From assembly GCA_963813535.1 (NCBI GenBank), contig CAWEZH010000002.1:1824001-1888000 (forward strand): DNA of 64,000 nt, given 5' to 3'. The position numbers were made by a program, and so were the translations under genes. Shown one piece after another: positions 1 to 9,590 of the stretch (position 1 is the stretch's first letter; every line of letters begins with the position of its first letter). The notes beneath the pieces are model-generated. The model worked only from the letters and a program-made list of their open reading frames with translations, was not told the origin of the DNA and ran no database searches. This DNA comes from an uncultured Chloroflexia bacterium. GTDB taxonomy: Bacteria > Chloroflexota > Limnocylindria > Limnocylindrales > CSP1-4.

Positions 1-426
1 CTGCTCATCCTGATCGTGATCGCGATGATCCTGCTGGCCATCTTCTTCGGTGTCCTCGGCTTCGACGACTTGGTCGGTCTCGACATCGTGGGCGGCGTCG
101 TCGCGATGCTTGGCGTGATCCTCGGGTTCGTGATCGTGTGCTCCTACGTCGCCGACGCGATCGTCGGTGCGGCGTTGGCCGGCGTGGTCATGCGCGACCG
201 GGCGACCGATCGAACGCGCGAGCTGGCGATCCTTGCGGTCGGGGCAGCCGTCGTGGTTCTGGTCTCGTCCTTGCCGGTCCTGGGACCATGGGTGAAGCTG
301 GTCGTGGCCCTGCTCGGCCTGGGCGCCGTCGTGATCGCGCTGTGGCGGTCGCGCGGGTCCTCAGGCATGGGCGAGCCGATGGTGACGCCGGTGCCACCGA
401 CCCCGACACAGCCGACAGCCACCTGA
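1..426 (+). CDS. Membrane protein, C-terminal part (5' truncated by window edge)
   Basis: Open frame from base 1 to TGA at 424-426; several hydrophobic segments and a Pro/Thr-rich tail. Confidence 0.7.
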   Translation: MLILIVIAMILLAIFFGVLGFDDLVGLDIVGGVVAMLGVILGFVIVCSYVADAIVGAALAGVVMRDRATDRTRELAILAVGAAVVVLVSSLPVLGPWVKLVVALLGLGAVVIALWRSRGSSGMGEPMVTPVPPTPTQPTAT

Positions 427-509
427 CTCCGGCGAGCACGACGATCGGCGATCCGAAGCCGTCTCGTCGACCCGTGCCGTAGACTCTGGAGCGCTGCTGT
501 GCAGCTTGT

Positions 510-586
510 CCGCCCGTAGCTCAGTGGATCAGAGCGACTGACTTCGGATCAGTAGGTCGGGGGTTCGAATCCCTCCGGGCGGGCCA
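510..586 (+). tRNA. tRNA-Arg, anticodon UCG
   Basis: Cloverleaf: acceptor CCGCCCG/CGGGCGG, anticodon arm ACTGA-CT-TCG-GA-TCAGT (TCG at 544-546), T-loop TTCGAAT, encoded CCA end. Confidence 0.96.
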
Positions 587-598
587 TCTTCCTGAACA

Positions 599-634
599 CG
601 AAAAGTCCCTCCGGGCAGTCCGGAGGGCTTTTCG
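599..634 (+). terminator. Rho-independent terminator after tRNA-Arg (possibly bidirectional)
   Basis: CGAAAAG(T)CCCTCCGG-gcagt-CCGGAGGGCTTTTCG hairpin with A-run before and T-run after. Confidence 0.75.
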
Positions 635-1234
635 ATCTGGAGCCATACCCGCGGCCGTACCCAACGCACGAAAGATGGCACGCGCGGAGGGACCACATCC
701 CCCAAGACGGGTCCCCCGCGGCGATGCCTCGGGGAGTGTGGGCCCCCCGAGGGCCACCGCGTGACGCATTCGTCATTCGCCCTTGGGCGTAAGGTGCTTA
801 GGGCGTCAGAGTCGCCCCCTCGCTGTTCCCCCAGGCGACCGGTAGGCGCTGCGCGCCCTCAGACGTTGCATCGGGCGTGACATCGAGCCATTCGGCGATC
901 GCCGCCATCAGCGCAGCATGACGGCCCGTAATGACGTGGTGGCTGCGGGCCGATAGATTCTGCAAAGGGTGGGCGGCTGGCTGCGCGGTGCCGTCCACGA
1001 TTGAGACTCCACCCGAGGCTCGGCTACTGATCTGGGGGCCTGTGGCCGGGCCTCGTCCTTTGATCGCTCCAGGGCGGCTTGACCCGTACCCGGCACCGGT
1101 TCGGACTTGCGATCCCGGGCTACCCCCAACCGGCCAGCTCGTCCGGGCCGCCCGGGTTACGTATCCCGACCCCGGCAGGGCGACGAGGGCCAGGGTCCCG
1201 TCAGGTTCAGATCGGCGCGGCGTATGGTGGATCG

Positions 1235-1453
1235 GTGACCGAGAACCTTCCTGGCTACGTGCTGACGATCGGCGTTGGCCTCGCCGTCTTGCTCCTGACC
1301 TACCGGGTGGTCGTCCGGATCATGACCAGTCACGCGCATCGGGTCGTGAAAGGTCTGGTGGCCGTCCTTGCCGCTGCCGTCGGTGTGTTCGGCGCCGTGT
1401 TCCTTGCCTTCTGGACCCGTGCCCTGACGACGAAGACGTTCTGGATGGCCTGA
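1235..1453 (+). CDS. Small hypothetical membrane protein (2 TM)
   Basis: GTG at 1235, in frame with ORF 1079..1453; two hydrophobic stretches; start uncertain. Confidence 0.45.
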   Translation: MTENLPGYVLTIGVGLAVLLLTYRVVVRIMTSHAHRVVKGLVAVLAAAVGVFGAVFLAFWTRALTTKTFWMA

Positions 1454-1472
1454 GTCGACCGATGGGGCGCGA

Positions 1473-1925
1473 GTGATGTACCAGCTCACGGAATTGGTCC
1501 GCATCGACCGCCCGTCAGCGGACGTCTGGGCGATCCTCATCGACTTTCCGAACGTCCCGACGTGGGAGAACGACGTGCTCGAGGTCCGGCAGACGTCCCC
1601 CGGCCCGGCGGCCGTCGGCACCACGTTCGTCGCCCGCCGCCTCTTCGGTGGACGGGAAAGCCTCATCGACTGCCGGATCACCGACTGGCAGGATGGCCGT
1701 GCCGTGACGATGGAGCTCATGGGCGGTGTCGTCCGCTCGGCGTCCGTAACCTACTCCGTCGAGTCGGTGGGCTCCGACGCATGCCAGGTCACGTACTCGA
1801 TCGACGGCCAGATGCGGTCTCTGCTCGCGTGGGCGACGCCGTTCATCCCGGCCATCGGAAGTCGGTTGGTCCGCTCTAATCTCGCGAACCTGGCGCGGCT
1901 AGCCGAGGACGCGGCCGCCGTCTAG
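1473..1925 (+). CDS. SRPBCC (polyketide cyclase/START-like) family protein
   Basis: N-terminal 'VRIDRPSADVWAILIDFPNVPTW' pattern and C-terminal amphipathic helix typical of SRPBCC. Confidence 0.8.
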   Translation: MMYQLTELVRIDRPSADVWAILIDFPNVPTWENDVLEVRQTSPGPAAVGTTFVARRLFGGRESLIDCRITDWQDGRAVTMELMGGVVRSASVTYSVESVGSDACQVTYSIDGQMRSLLAWATPFIPAIGSRLVRSNLANLARLAEDAAAV

Positions 1926-1975
1926 GCGCACGCCACGGGCGCCTCCCCTGACCGGACGGGTCGCGCTCCCTGGTA

Positions 1976-2419
1976 TCAGCCTCGGTTCTGGCGTGCCTTG
2001 AGCGCCTCGGCATAGCGCTGGCGAAGTTGCTCGAACTGGCCCATCAGGTCGTCGGCCTCGGGCGTACCCGCCGTCGCCTCCATCAAGCGATGTTCGACGG
2101 CACGCCATGCCTCGAGGATCCCGGCCAATTCCTTGGCCGGACTCACATGCTCGATCGGTGGCAATGTCACGGCGTTCGGTCGGCCCGACATGGAGAGCGC
2201 GGTCAGTTCCTCCTGGCGCGCGAACGCCAGCGCCGATTCGGCCGCCAGGCGCACGTTACGCGCCAAACCGGCGAAGGCAGGGTCGGATGGGGGCATGCCT
2301 CGCTTGCGCCGCTCGAGCGCGTCGGTTTCGGCGATCGCGATCATGAGCTGGTCCGACGTCGCTCGGAGCATCTCGGCTTCGGGCATCAGATCCGCGTCGG
2401 GCGTCCGATCGTCGCTCAC
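1976..2419 (-). CDS. Hypothetical helical protein
   Basis: GTG start preceded by GGGAGGG RBS; natural amino-acid composition. Confidence 0.65.
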   Translation of the reverse strand: MSDDRTPDADLMPEAEMLRATSDQLMIAIAETDALERRKRGMPPSDPAFAGLARNVRLAAESALAFARQEELTALSMSGRPNAVTLPPIEHVSPAKELAGILEAWRAVEHRLMEATAGTPEADDLMGQFEQLRQRYAEALKARQNRG

Positions 2420-2597
2420 GTGGCGTCCCTCCCTGCGTGTGGCGATGGCGCCATTCTGGCGGGTCCTGCCGCGAGTGGTACTTTCGGGTCGTTGCTGGGA
2501 TGCACCACCCCCAGCACCATCGCCGCACGGGTCCCGAGTCGCTCCCTGTCACTGGGGGATCGGTCGAGCGCCGGGACCCTGACTCCCCCTCAGCCCC

Positions 2598-2912
2598 TTA
2601 CGCGTCCTCGAAGGACGGCTCGATATCGAGTGCCTCGTAGTGGGTGATCGTGATGTCGCTGATCATGTCCTCGGCGCCGGGCAACATCCGTGGCTTCGTC
2701 ACCTCCGGACCGGTCCAGCCGTAGAGCGACGCCGTGTCCCGCCACTCTTCGTAGAGCAGAACCTCTTCGATGTCGCCCTCGATGCGTCGCGCAAGCTTCA
2801 CGTAGACGAGCCCAGGGTGCTCGCGGAGGATCGGCAGCTGGGCACGCATGAGTGCATTGAAGGAACCGGCCCGATCCGTGCTAACGCGCGCCGTCACGAC
2901 CCGGACGATCAT
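2598..2912 (-). CDS. Antibiotic biosynthesis monooxygenase (ABM)-like protein
   Basis: 104 aa, 'HPGLVYVKLARR...VLLYEEWRD' ABM-like pattern; TAGGCT -10 box 6 nt upstream of ATG. Confidence 0.7.
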   Translation of the reverse strand: MIVRVVTARVSTDRAGSFNALMRAQLPILREHPGLVYVKLARRIEGDIEEVLLYEEWRDTASLYGWTGPEVTKPRMLPGAEDMISDITITHYEALDIEPSFEDA

Positions 2913-3010
2913 GCGGCCAGCCTAGCGTTCGCTCCGGTCAACCGCGCCAAAGGCGCGTTGCAAATCGAAACCCACGGATGACAGCGCGGCCGTCTCGCTA
3001 GGCTCACGCG

Positions 3011-3766
3011 ATGGATGCATCGACGCTGTCGCGCGCCTGGTCCTGGCTGATCGCCGCCCCTGCCGACACGATCACGGAAGCGGACCGCCGAACGGTCGAC
3101 GTGGTCGGGCTCGATCTGCCCATCCGGGCATCGATCGCCGTGGCAGCGACGACCCTGCTGCTGCTCGTCGACTTCTCGCGCGTGCTGATCCCTGCATCGA
3201 TCCAGGACCTCGGGCATTCCGCAGCCGGTTTGCGGGCGATCGCGCTGGAACGGGTGGTGCTGTTCGGTGCGATCCCTTTGGCTATCGTCCTGCTCGGCTT
3301 CCGCGATCGACCCGCGCGCTACGGCATCACCCTTGGCGACGGCCGAGCGGGTGCCGTTCTCGCGCTGGTCGGCTGCATCGTCATGACGCCGATCGTGCTC
3401 TGGTTCGTGTCCCTTCCGGATGTCCGCGCCTACTACTCGGTCAGCGCCGCCCCGTTGAGCGAGGTCGTCATCACGAACGTCCTCGACCTGACGTCCTCGG
3501 AGTTCCTGTTCCGGGGCTTCCTGATGTTCACGCTGATCCGCGCGATCGGCCCGCTCGGCGTGCTCATCAGTGTCATGCCCTTCGCCTTCGGGCACCTCGG
3601 CAAGCCCGTCCTCGAGCTCCTCTCGACGCTCGTCGGCGGGCTCGCCTACGGCTGGCTGGCGTGGCGGACGCGATCGATCGTCTGGGGATCGATCGCGCAC
3701 GTCTACATCCTCAGCCTGGTGACCCTGGCGGCCGCGGCGGCCGTCGGGTCGGCCTCTACGCGGTGA
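3011..3766 (+). CDS. CPBP family (CAAX/Rce1-like) intramembrane metalloprotease
   Basis: SEFLFRG, FAFGH and 'W..RTRSIVWGSIAH' motifs in a multi-TM protein. Confidence 0.85.
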   Translation: MDASTLSRAWSWLIAAPADTITEADRRTVDVVGLDLPIRASIAVAATTLLLLVDFSRVLIPASIQDLGHSAAGLRAIALERVVLFGAIPLAIVLLGFRDRPARYGITLGDGRAGAVLALVGCIVMTPIVLWFVSLPDVRAYYSVSAAPLSEVVITNVLDLTSSEFLFRGFLMFTLIRAIGPLGVLISVMPFAFGHLGKPVLELLSTLVGGLAYGWLAWRTRSIVWGSIAHVYILSLVTLAAAAAVGSASTR

Positions 3767-5159
3767 CCGCGGCCGGCAGCCAGCCCGGCTCCGGGTCGCC
3801 GAACTTCCCGACGAGGTAGTCGCGCGACGCCTCGACTGCGCGACGTGGCCCGTCGAGCTCGGCAGTCAGCCTGAAGTCACGCTTCATGATCCGGCCGTCG
3901 ATGAGCACGGTCTTGACGTTGGAGATGTCTGCCGCGCACACCACCGCCCCGACGGGGTCGATGATCGGCGCGACGTTCACGGCGGACCCGTCGAGGACGA
4001 CGATGTCCGCCTTCTTGCCCGGCGTGATCGAGCCGGTACGGTCTGCCAGGCCGGCGACGACCGCGCCACCCTGTGTCGCCCACGAGAGGACCTGGCGCGA
4101 GGTGATGAGACCGGGCGAGGCCGTCAGGCCGTCGAGATCGTCGTCCCATGCCGCCTGGTGCTTCCGGCCACGCTCGGATCCGAAGATCGCATGCATCTGC
4201 GTGAACTGGTCGGCCGAGGCCGTCGTGGCGACGTCCGACGACAGGGCCATCGGCACGTCGAATTCGAGCGCCTTGACCGCCGGCGCCCAACCGTGGCCCA
4301 TCTGGATCTCGATCTGCGGGGCGAACGAGACGTTGCCACCGGAATCGCGGACGAGCCCCCACTCCTCGTCGGTGAAATGCGAGCCGTGGACGTATGTCGT
4401 TCCCGGATACAGGAGGTCGAGGTCGCGCAGCCCGGTGATCTGCCCCTTCGTGTAGCCGAACCGATCCATGCCCACATGGACCGTGATGTTGACGCCCAGC
4501 TCCTTGGCCAGCTCCCAATCGTGACGCACGACATCGGGCTTGCAGAAGCCCGTGCCACGCGTCGCCAGACCCATCGTGATCAGCCCGTCGTCGGAGGCGA
4601 AGTACTGCTTCCGGACGCGACGGGCGTCGTCGCCCGGTGTCGTGAGTTCGCTGCCGGCGAAGTCGGGACCGAACCACCAATCCTGCAGCGACGTGTTCGG
4701 GAAGCCGTACGCGAAGACCGACCGGATGCCCGATTCCTGGAGACCCCGGACCGCCTCGTCGGCGTGGGCGGGCGTGTTCATGATGTGCGACCAGTCGACG
4801 AGCGTCGTGATGCCCGCATTGATGCACTCGAGCGAGCCCCAGAGATTGGCCGCGTAGACATCGTCGGGGCGGTAGTGCGGCGCGAACTTGTCGAGGATCG
4901 ATCCGAAGTACGTGATCAGCGCGAAGTCGGGCGCCGAGGTCCGGATCGATGTCTCCCAGGTATGTCGATGGGTATCGATGAACCCCGGGATGACGATGTC
5001 GCCCCCCGCGTCGATGACGTCGGCGTCGGCCGCGTCGAGGTTCGGACCGACGGCTTCGATCAGATCGTCCTCGATGAGGATGTCGGCTTTCGGCAGCTCG
5101 CCGAGCTTGTCGTCCTGGGTCAGGACGATGCCGCCCTTGATCAACGTCCGGTTGCTCAC
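3756..5159 (-). CDS. Metal-dependent amidohydrolase (AtzA/TrzA/SAH-deaminase-like)
   Basis: PGFIDTHRH metal motif, 'GITTLVDWSH', C-terminal 'GSITPGKKADIVV'. Confidence 0.9.
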   Translation of the reverse strand: MSNRTLIKGGIVLTQDDKLGELPKADILIEDDLIEAVGPNLDAADADVIDAGGDIVIPGFIDTHRHTWETSIRTSAPDFALITYFGSILDKFAPHYRPDDVYAANLWGSLECINAGITTLVDWSHIMNTPAHADEAVRGLQESGIRSVFAYGFPNTSLQDWWFGPDFAGSELTTPGDDARRVRKQYFASDDGLITMGLATRGTGFCKPDVVRHDWELAKELGVNITVHVGMDRFGYTKGQITGLRDLDLLYPGTTYVHGSHFTDEEWGLVRDSGGNVSFAPQIEIQMGHGWAPAVKALEFDVPMALSSDVATTASADQFTQMHAIFGSERGRKHQAAWDDDLDGLTASPGLITSRQVLSWATQGGAVVAGLADRTGSITPGKKADIVVLDGSAVNVAPIIDPVGAVVCAADISNVKTVLIDGRIMKRDFRLTAELDGPRRAVEASRDYLVGKFGDPEPGWLPAAVTA

Positions 5160-5202
5160 GTGTGCCTCCTCTCGAACGGGCCTCGATCACGCCGGGTGAC
5201 GA

Positions 5203-6111
5203 TCACGGTGTTCGCGCAGTCGCCCCCTCCTCTGCCGAGTGCTGCTCACGCAGATGGGTCGCGACCGCGGAGAAGTCCAGACCGCCGTCGCCGGCCGCGA
5301 TCACGGCCTCGATGACGGCGAGGTTCGTGGTGGCCTGGGGCATCGCCAGCTCGACGGCGTCGGCCAGCTCGGCGATGAGCCGCAGGTCCTTGGCCGCAAG
5401 GTCCGCGGCGAAGGCCACTGGCGTGCCGTCCGGGTCGAGGAACGCCGTACGCTTGTAGCCGACGTACGGCGCGGCCACGGCGCTCGCCGCCAGGACCTCG
5501 TACGCGCGCTCGCGCGCGATCCCTGCCCGCTCCGCGAGGACGAGGCCCTCGGCCAGCGCCTCGTTCAGGCCGAAGATCACCGTATTGACGGCCAGCTTCA
5601 TGGCCGTGCCGCTGCCCAGCGGGCCGAGGTGGAAGAGCGTGCTGCCGTACGCCTCGAGGACCGGTCGGGCGCGCTCGAGGTCCTCGGCCTGGCCGCCGAC
5701 CATCAGGGTCAGCTTGCCGCTCTCGGCGAGGGCGACGCTGCCCGACACCGGTGCATCGAGGACGCCCGCCCCCCGCGCCCGGATGGCCGACTCGTGCCGC
5801 CGGAGCACCGCGGGAGGGACGGTCGAACTGTCGACCAGGACGGCTCCGTGGCGCGCCCCGGCGATCAGGCCATCCGACCCGTCGTAGACGGCGTCGACCG
5901 CCGAACCATCTGCGAGCATCGAGATCGTGATGTCGGCGGCCGCGGTGACGTCGGCGGGTCGTGCGACCGCGCGCCCGCCGAGCTCCGACGCGAGTGCCTC
6001 GGAGGCTGCCGGGGTGCGGTTCCAGACGACGACGTCGTGGCCGGCTCCGTGTATGGCCCGCGCCATCGCGCTACCCATGCGGCCGGCCCCGACCAGGCCA
6101 ACGGTCACCAT
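5203..6111 (-). CDS. 3-hydroxyisobutyrate dehydrogenase family NAD(P)-dependent oxidoreductase
   Basis: GLVGAGRMG Rossmann motif, DAPVSG, 'MKLAVN'; start placed at MVTVG (6111). Confidence 0.9.
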   Translation of the reverse strand: MVTVGLVGAGRMGSAMARAIHGAGHDVVVWNRTPAASEALASELGGRAVARPADVTAAADITISMLADGSAVDAVYDGSDGLIAGARHGAVLVDSSTVPPAVLRRHESAIRARGAGVLDAPVSGSVALAESGKLTLMVGGQAEDLERARPVLEAYGSTLFHLGPLGSGTAMKLAVNTVIFGLNEALAEGLVLAERAGIARERAYEVLAASAVAAPYVGYKRTAFLDPDGTPVAFAADLAAKDLRLIAELADAVELAMPQATTNLAVIEAVIAAGDGGLDFSAVATHLREQHSAEEGATARTP

Positions 6112-6119
6112 GGTGCCGC

Positions 6120-7106
6120 TCAGCGAGCCTCGTCGAGGCGGCGCTTGACCGTCTTGACGATACGGTCGACGGATGGGATCGCCATATCCTCGAGCGCGGC
6201 GGCCGACGGCAACGGGATGTGCGGGGTGGTGATGCGGACCAGCGGCGCGTCGAGGTTGTAGAAGCCCTCGTCGGCGACGAGCGACACGATCTCGGCGCCC
6301 CAACCACCGACCCGCGGGTTCTCCTCGATCGTGAAGAGGCGGCTGGTCTTCGCCACGGATCCGAGGATGGCCTGGGCGTCGAGCGGGATCAGGGACCGCA
6401 GGTCGATGACCTCGGCATCGATGCCGTGGTCGGCGGCAAGCCGCTCCGCGGCGGCCAGGGCCTTGGGCACCATCGCGGCCAGCGCCACGAGTGTCACGTC
6501 GGATCCCTCTCGCAGCACGGCTGCCTGGCCGAGTGGCACGACATGCTCGCCGTCGGGCACGTCGCCCTTCTCGGCGAAGAGCGCTTTGTGCTCGCAGACG
6601 ATCACGGGATCGTCGTCGCGCACCGCGGCGGCCAACAGACCCTTCATGTCGGCCGGTGTCGACGGTGCGACGACCTTGAGGCCCGGGATCGCCATGGCCC
6701 AGTTTTCGATGCTCTGACTGTGCTGGGCCCCGAAGCGGAGACCGGCGCCGTTGGCCGTCCGCAGGACGAGCGGGATCGACACCTGGCCGTCGGTCATATA
6801 GCGCGTCTTGGCGATCTGGTTGGCGACCATGTCCCAGGTCACGGCGAAGAAGTCGCTGAACATCAGCTCGGCGATCGGACGCAGCCCGGTCATGGCCGCA
6901 CCCATAGCGGCACCGACGATTGCCTGCTCGCTGATCGGCGTGTCACGCACCCGCTCGGGTCCGAACCGGTCGAACAGGCCTTCGGTCAGCTTGAACACAC
7001 CGCCGGCGGCACCCACATCCTCGCCGATGAGGACGACCGATCCGTCGCGGTCCATCTCCTGGGCGATCGCGGATGCGATCGCCTGGCGGTACGTCAGCTC
7101 AGCCAT
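6120..7106 (-). CDS. TPP-dependent dehydrogenase E1 beta subunit (AcoB/PdhB-like)
   Basis: GEDVG, DTPISEQ, AQHSQ, IDLRSL motifs; ATG overlaps the E1 alpha stop. Confidence 0.92.
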   Translation of the reverse strand: MAELTYRQAIASAIAQEMDRDGSVVLIGEDVGAAGGVFKLTEGLFDRFGPERVRDTPISEQAIVGAAMGAAMTGLRPIAELMFSDFFAVTWDMVANQIAKTRYMTDGQVSIPLVLRTANGAGLRFGAQHSQSIENWAMAIPGLKVVAPSTPADMKGLLAAAVRDDDPVIVCEHKALFAEKGDVPDGEHVVPLGQAAVLREGSDVTLVALAAMVPKALAAAERLAADHGIDAEVIDLRSLIPLDAQAILGSVAKTSRLFTIEENPRVGGWGAEIVSLVADEGFYNLDAPLVRITTPHIPLPSAAALEDMAIPSVDRIVKTVKRRLDEAR

Positions 7107-8113
7107 CAGTTGCGCCACGTCGAGGTTCCGTCGGCCCAGACCTGCGTCTCGAGGACCTCGGCCGTCGGCTCGGGCCCTTCCCGCGCCTCGGCCTCCGCGG
7201 CGGCGACCTTGGCACGAGCGGCCTCGTCGACGGCGTCGAGCTCGCTGGCGTCGACGCCGGCTGCCTCGAGCCTGGCTCGGTACGAGGGGATCGGGTCGCG
7301 CGCCTTCCACGCGGCGACCTCGTCGTCGGGCCGGTACTTGCCGGGATCGGCCCGCGAGTGGCCGCCGTGCCGGTAGGTGATCGCCTCGATCAGGGACGGT
7401 CCGTCGCCGGCACGCGCTCGAGCGACCGCCTCCACCGCCACTGCATGCACGGCCTCGACGTCGTTGCCGTCGACGACGATCGGCTCGAGGCCATAGGCGC
7501 TCGCCCGGTCCGCGGCCGGTCGGGCCACGGCGGTCACCTCGCCGATCGGCGTGTACTCCATGTACTGGTTGTTCTCGCAGACGAAGACGACCGGAGCCTT
7601 CCAGACCGCGGCCATGTTGAGTGCCTCGTGGAATGCGCCGATGTTCGTCGTCCCGTCACCGAAGAAGCAGACGGCCACCTGGCCCGACTTGCGGTACTGC
7701 GCCGACCACGCCGCGCCGAGGGCGATCGGCAGGTGCGCCCCGACGATCGCGTACGAGCCGAGCACCCCGTGTTCGACGCTCGTCAGGTGCATGGAGCCGC
7801 CCTTGCCACCGAGCAGTCCGGTCGAGCGCCCGAAGAGCTCGGCCAGGATCGGGGCCATCGGCACGCCACGTGCGATGTTGTGGTTGTGGCCGCGGTACGT
7901 GCAGAACGTGTAGTCGTCGGATCGCATCGCTACGGCGAACCCGGCGGCCACCGCTTCCTGGCCGACGCCGAGATGGGTCGTGCCGCGGACCAGCCCCTCG
8001 AAGAACAGTTCCTGCGCTCGTGTCTCGAGCAGCCGGCACTCCTGCATGAGGCGGTAGAGGGTCAGACCGGTCTCCCGGTCGAGCGTGGCGGGCGCGGCTG
8101 CGACGGTCGCCAT
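7106..8113 (-). CDS. TPP-dependent dehydrogenase E1 alpha subunit (AcoA/PdhA-like)
   Basis: GQEA, GKGGSMH, GDG...ENN TPP-binding motif, 'YRHGGHSRADP'. Confidence 0.92.
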   Translation of the reverse strand: MATVAAAPATLDRETGLTLYRLMQECRLLETRAQELFFEGLVRGTTHLGVGQEAVAAGFAVAMRSDDYTFCTYRGHNHNIARGVPMAPILAELFGRSTGLLGGKGGSMHLTSVEHGVLGSYAIVGAHLPIALGAAWSAQYRKSGQVAVCFFGDGTTNIGAFHEALNMAAVWKAPVVFVCENNQYMEYTPIGEVTAVARPAADRASAYGLEPIVVDGNDVEAVHAVAVEAVARARAGDGPSLIEAITYRHGGHSRADPGKYRPDDEVAAWKARDPIPSYRARLEAAGVDASELDAVDEAARAKVAAAEAEAREGPEPTAEVLETQVWADGTSTWRN

Positions 8114-8127
8114 CGACGGTCGGTGCG

Positions 8128-9414
8128 TCAGTACGCGTTCGCGACGAACAGCTCGTCGCTCGGGAACCTGGTGATCACGCGCGGACCGTCGCGGGTGACG
8201 ACGACCTCTTCCTCGATCCGTGCCGCCGAGACCCCGTCGGCGGCCGGGCAGTACGTCTCGAGGGCGATGACCATGCCCTCCTTGATCTCGACCGGATGGT
8301 CGAGCGAGTTGAGCCGGCTGATGATCGGGCGCTCGTGGAGAAACAATCCGACGCTATGGCCGAACTGCAGCCCGAAGCACTCCATCTCGCTCGAGAACCC
8401 GAACTCCTCGGCTTTCGGCCACACGCTGGCGACCTGATCGGTCCCGACGCCCGGCCGCATCAGCTCGATGGAGGCGTCGATCCACGCCCGCGCGCGCTTG
8501 TACGCGTCGCGCTGGGCGTCGGTCGCCCTGCCGACCGTGAACGTCCGGTAGTAGCACGTCTTGTAGCCCACGAACGTGTGGATGATGTCGAAGAACGCCT
8601 GGTCGCCCGGGCGGATGAGTCGATCGCTGAAGACGTGTGGGTGAGGGCTGCAGCGCTCGCCCGATACCGCGTTGATGTTGTCGACGTGCTCCGAGCCCAT
8701 CTCGAACAGGCGGTGGGTCACGTTGGCCACGAGCTCGCTCTCGCGGATCCCCGGCTTGAGCTGCTCGGCGATGAGCTGGTAGGCGCCGTCCACCATCGCG
8801 CACGCCGTGTTCAGCAGGATGATCTCGTCGATCGACTTGACCTCGCGTGCATCGAGCATCACCTGCTGCGCGTCGCGGACCGTCAGCCCTTCCGCTTCCA
8901 GCGCCGCGACCATCGGGGGCTCGACGAGGTCGACGCCGATCGGCAAGTCGGCGGCGCCCTCGGCCCTGAGGATCGCGGCGATCTCGCGGGCGGCCGAGCG
9001 GAAGAGCCCGGCATCCGGCGCGACGGCGCCGCGCAAACCGACCATCCCGGCGTGGACGTTCTCGGTCCGCAGCCACGGGCAGTTCAGGCGGTGGTGCTTG
9101 GCCGCCGATCCGAAGTCCCAGATGTGGGGATCGCCGCCACGTGACAGCAGCGCATAGCGGGTCATCTTGTCGCGCGCCCACTCCCCGATGTGGGTGCTCG
9201 TGACGTACCGGATGTTGTTGAAGTCGAACAGCAGCATCGCGCCGAGCTCGGATGCGGCCAGGGCCTCGCGCGCGCGACCGATCCGATAGGTTCGCAACCG
9301 ATCGACGTTCCAGCGCTCTTCCCAGTCGACGTTCATCGACCCGGGTGAGGGGATCGGGCGGTCGCCGTGGACGATGGGTGGCGCCGCCGGAGGCTGCATC
9401 TCGACGGTGGTCAC
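8128..9414 (-). CDS. M24 family (Xaa-Pro peptidase/creatinase-like) hydrolase
   Basis: Creatinase-like N-domain plus pita-bread motifs 'GHSVG..LHE', 'ALET', 'RIEE'. Confidence 0.85.
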   Translation of the reverse strand: MTTVEMQPPAAPPIVHGDRPIPSPGSMNVDWEERWNVDRLRTYRIGRAREALAASELGAMLLFDFNNIRYVTSTHIGEWARDKMTRYALLSRGGDPHIWDFGSAAKHHRLNCPWLRTENVHAGMVGLRGAVAPDAGLFRSAAREIAAILRAEGAADLPIGVDLVEPPMVAALEAEGLTVRDAQQVMLDAREVKSIDEIILLNTACAMVDGAYQLIAEQLKPGIRESELVANVTHRLFEMGSEHVDNINAVSGERCSPHPHVFSDRLIRPGDQAFFDIIHTFVGYKTCYYRTFTVGRATDAQRDAYKRARAWIDASIELMRPGVGTDQVASVWPKAEEFGFSSEMECFGLQFGHSVGLFLHERPIISRLNSLDHPVEIKEGMVIALETYCPAADGVSAARIEEEVVVTRDGPRVITRFPSDELFVANAY

Positions 9415-9460
9415 GGAGCACTTCCTCCTGTCGACGGTCGGCGGGCTCCTCCGCGCGACC

Positions 9461-9490
9461 TTGACACGGCCTTCAGTGTCGCTCTACGTT
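9461..9490 (+). promoter_or_regulatory. Putative sigma70 promoter for the XRE-cupin operon
   Basis: TTGACA (9461-9466), 18-nt spacer, TACGTT (9485-9490) in an AT-richer divergent intergenic region. Confidence 0.5.
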
Positions 9491-9590
9491 GTTCAACATC
9501 GTTACACAACGGACAAGAGCACGTCCAGTCCCAGTCGAGGGTGTGGTGGAGGGCTCACCGAGCCGCAGCGGACAGCCCGGTTACTCCGCG

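Noticed and set aside
3011-3766. Abortive-infection defence role for the CPBP ('Abi') protein
   Set aside because: The family name is historical; the motifs indicate an intramembrane protease and there is no defence context.
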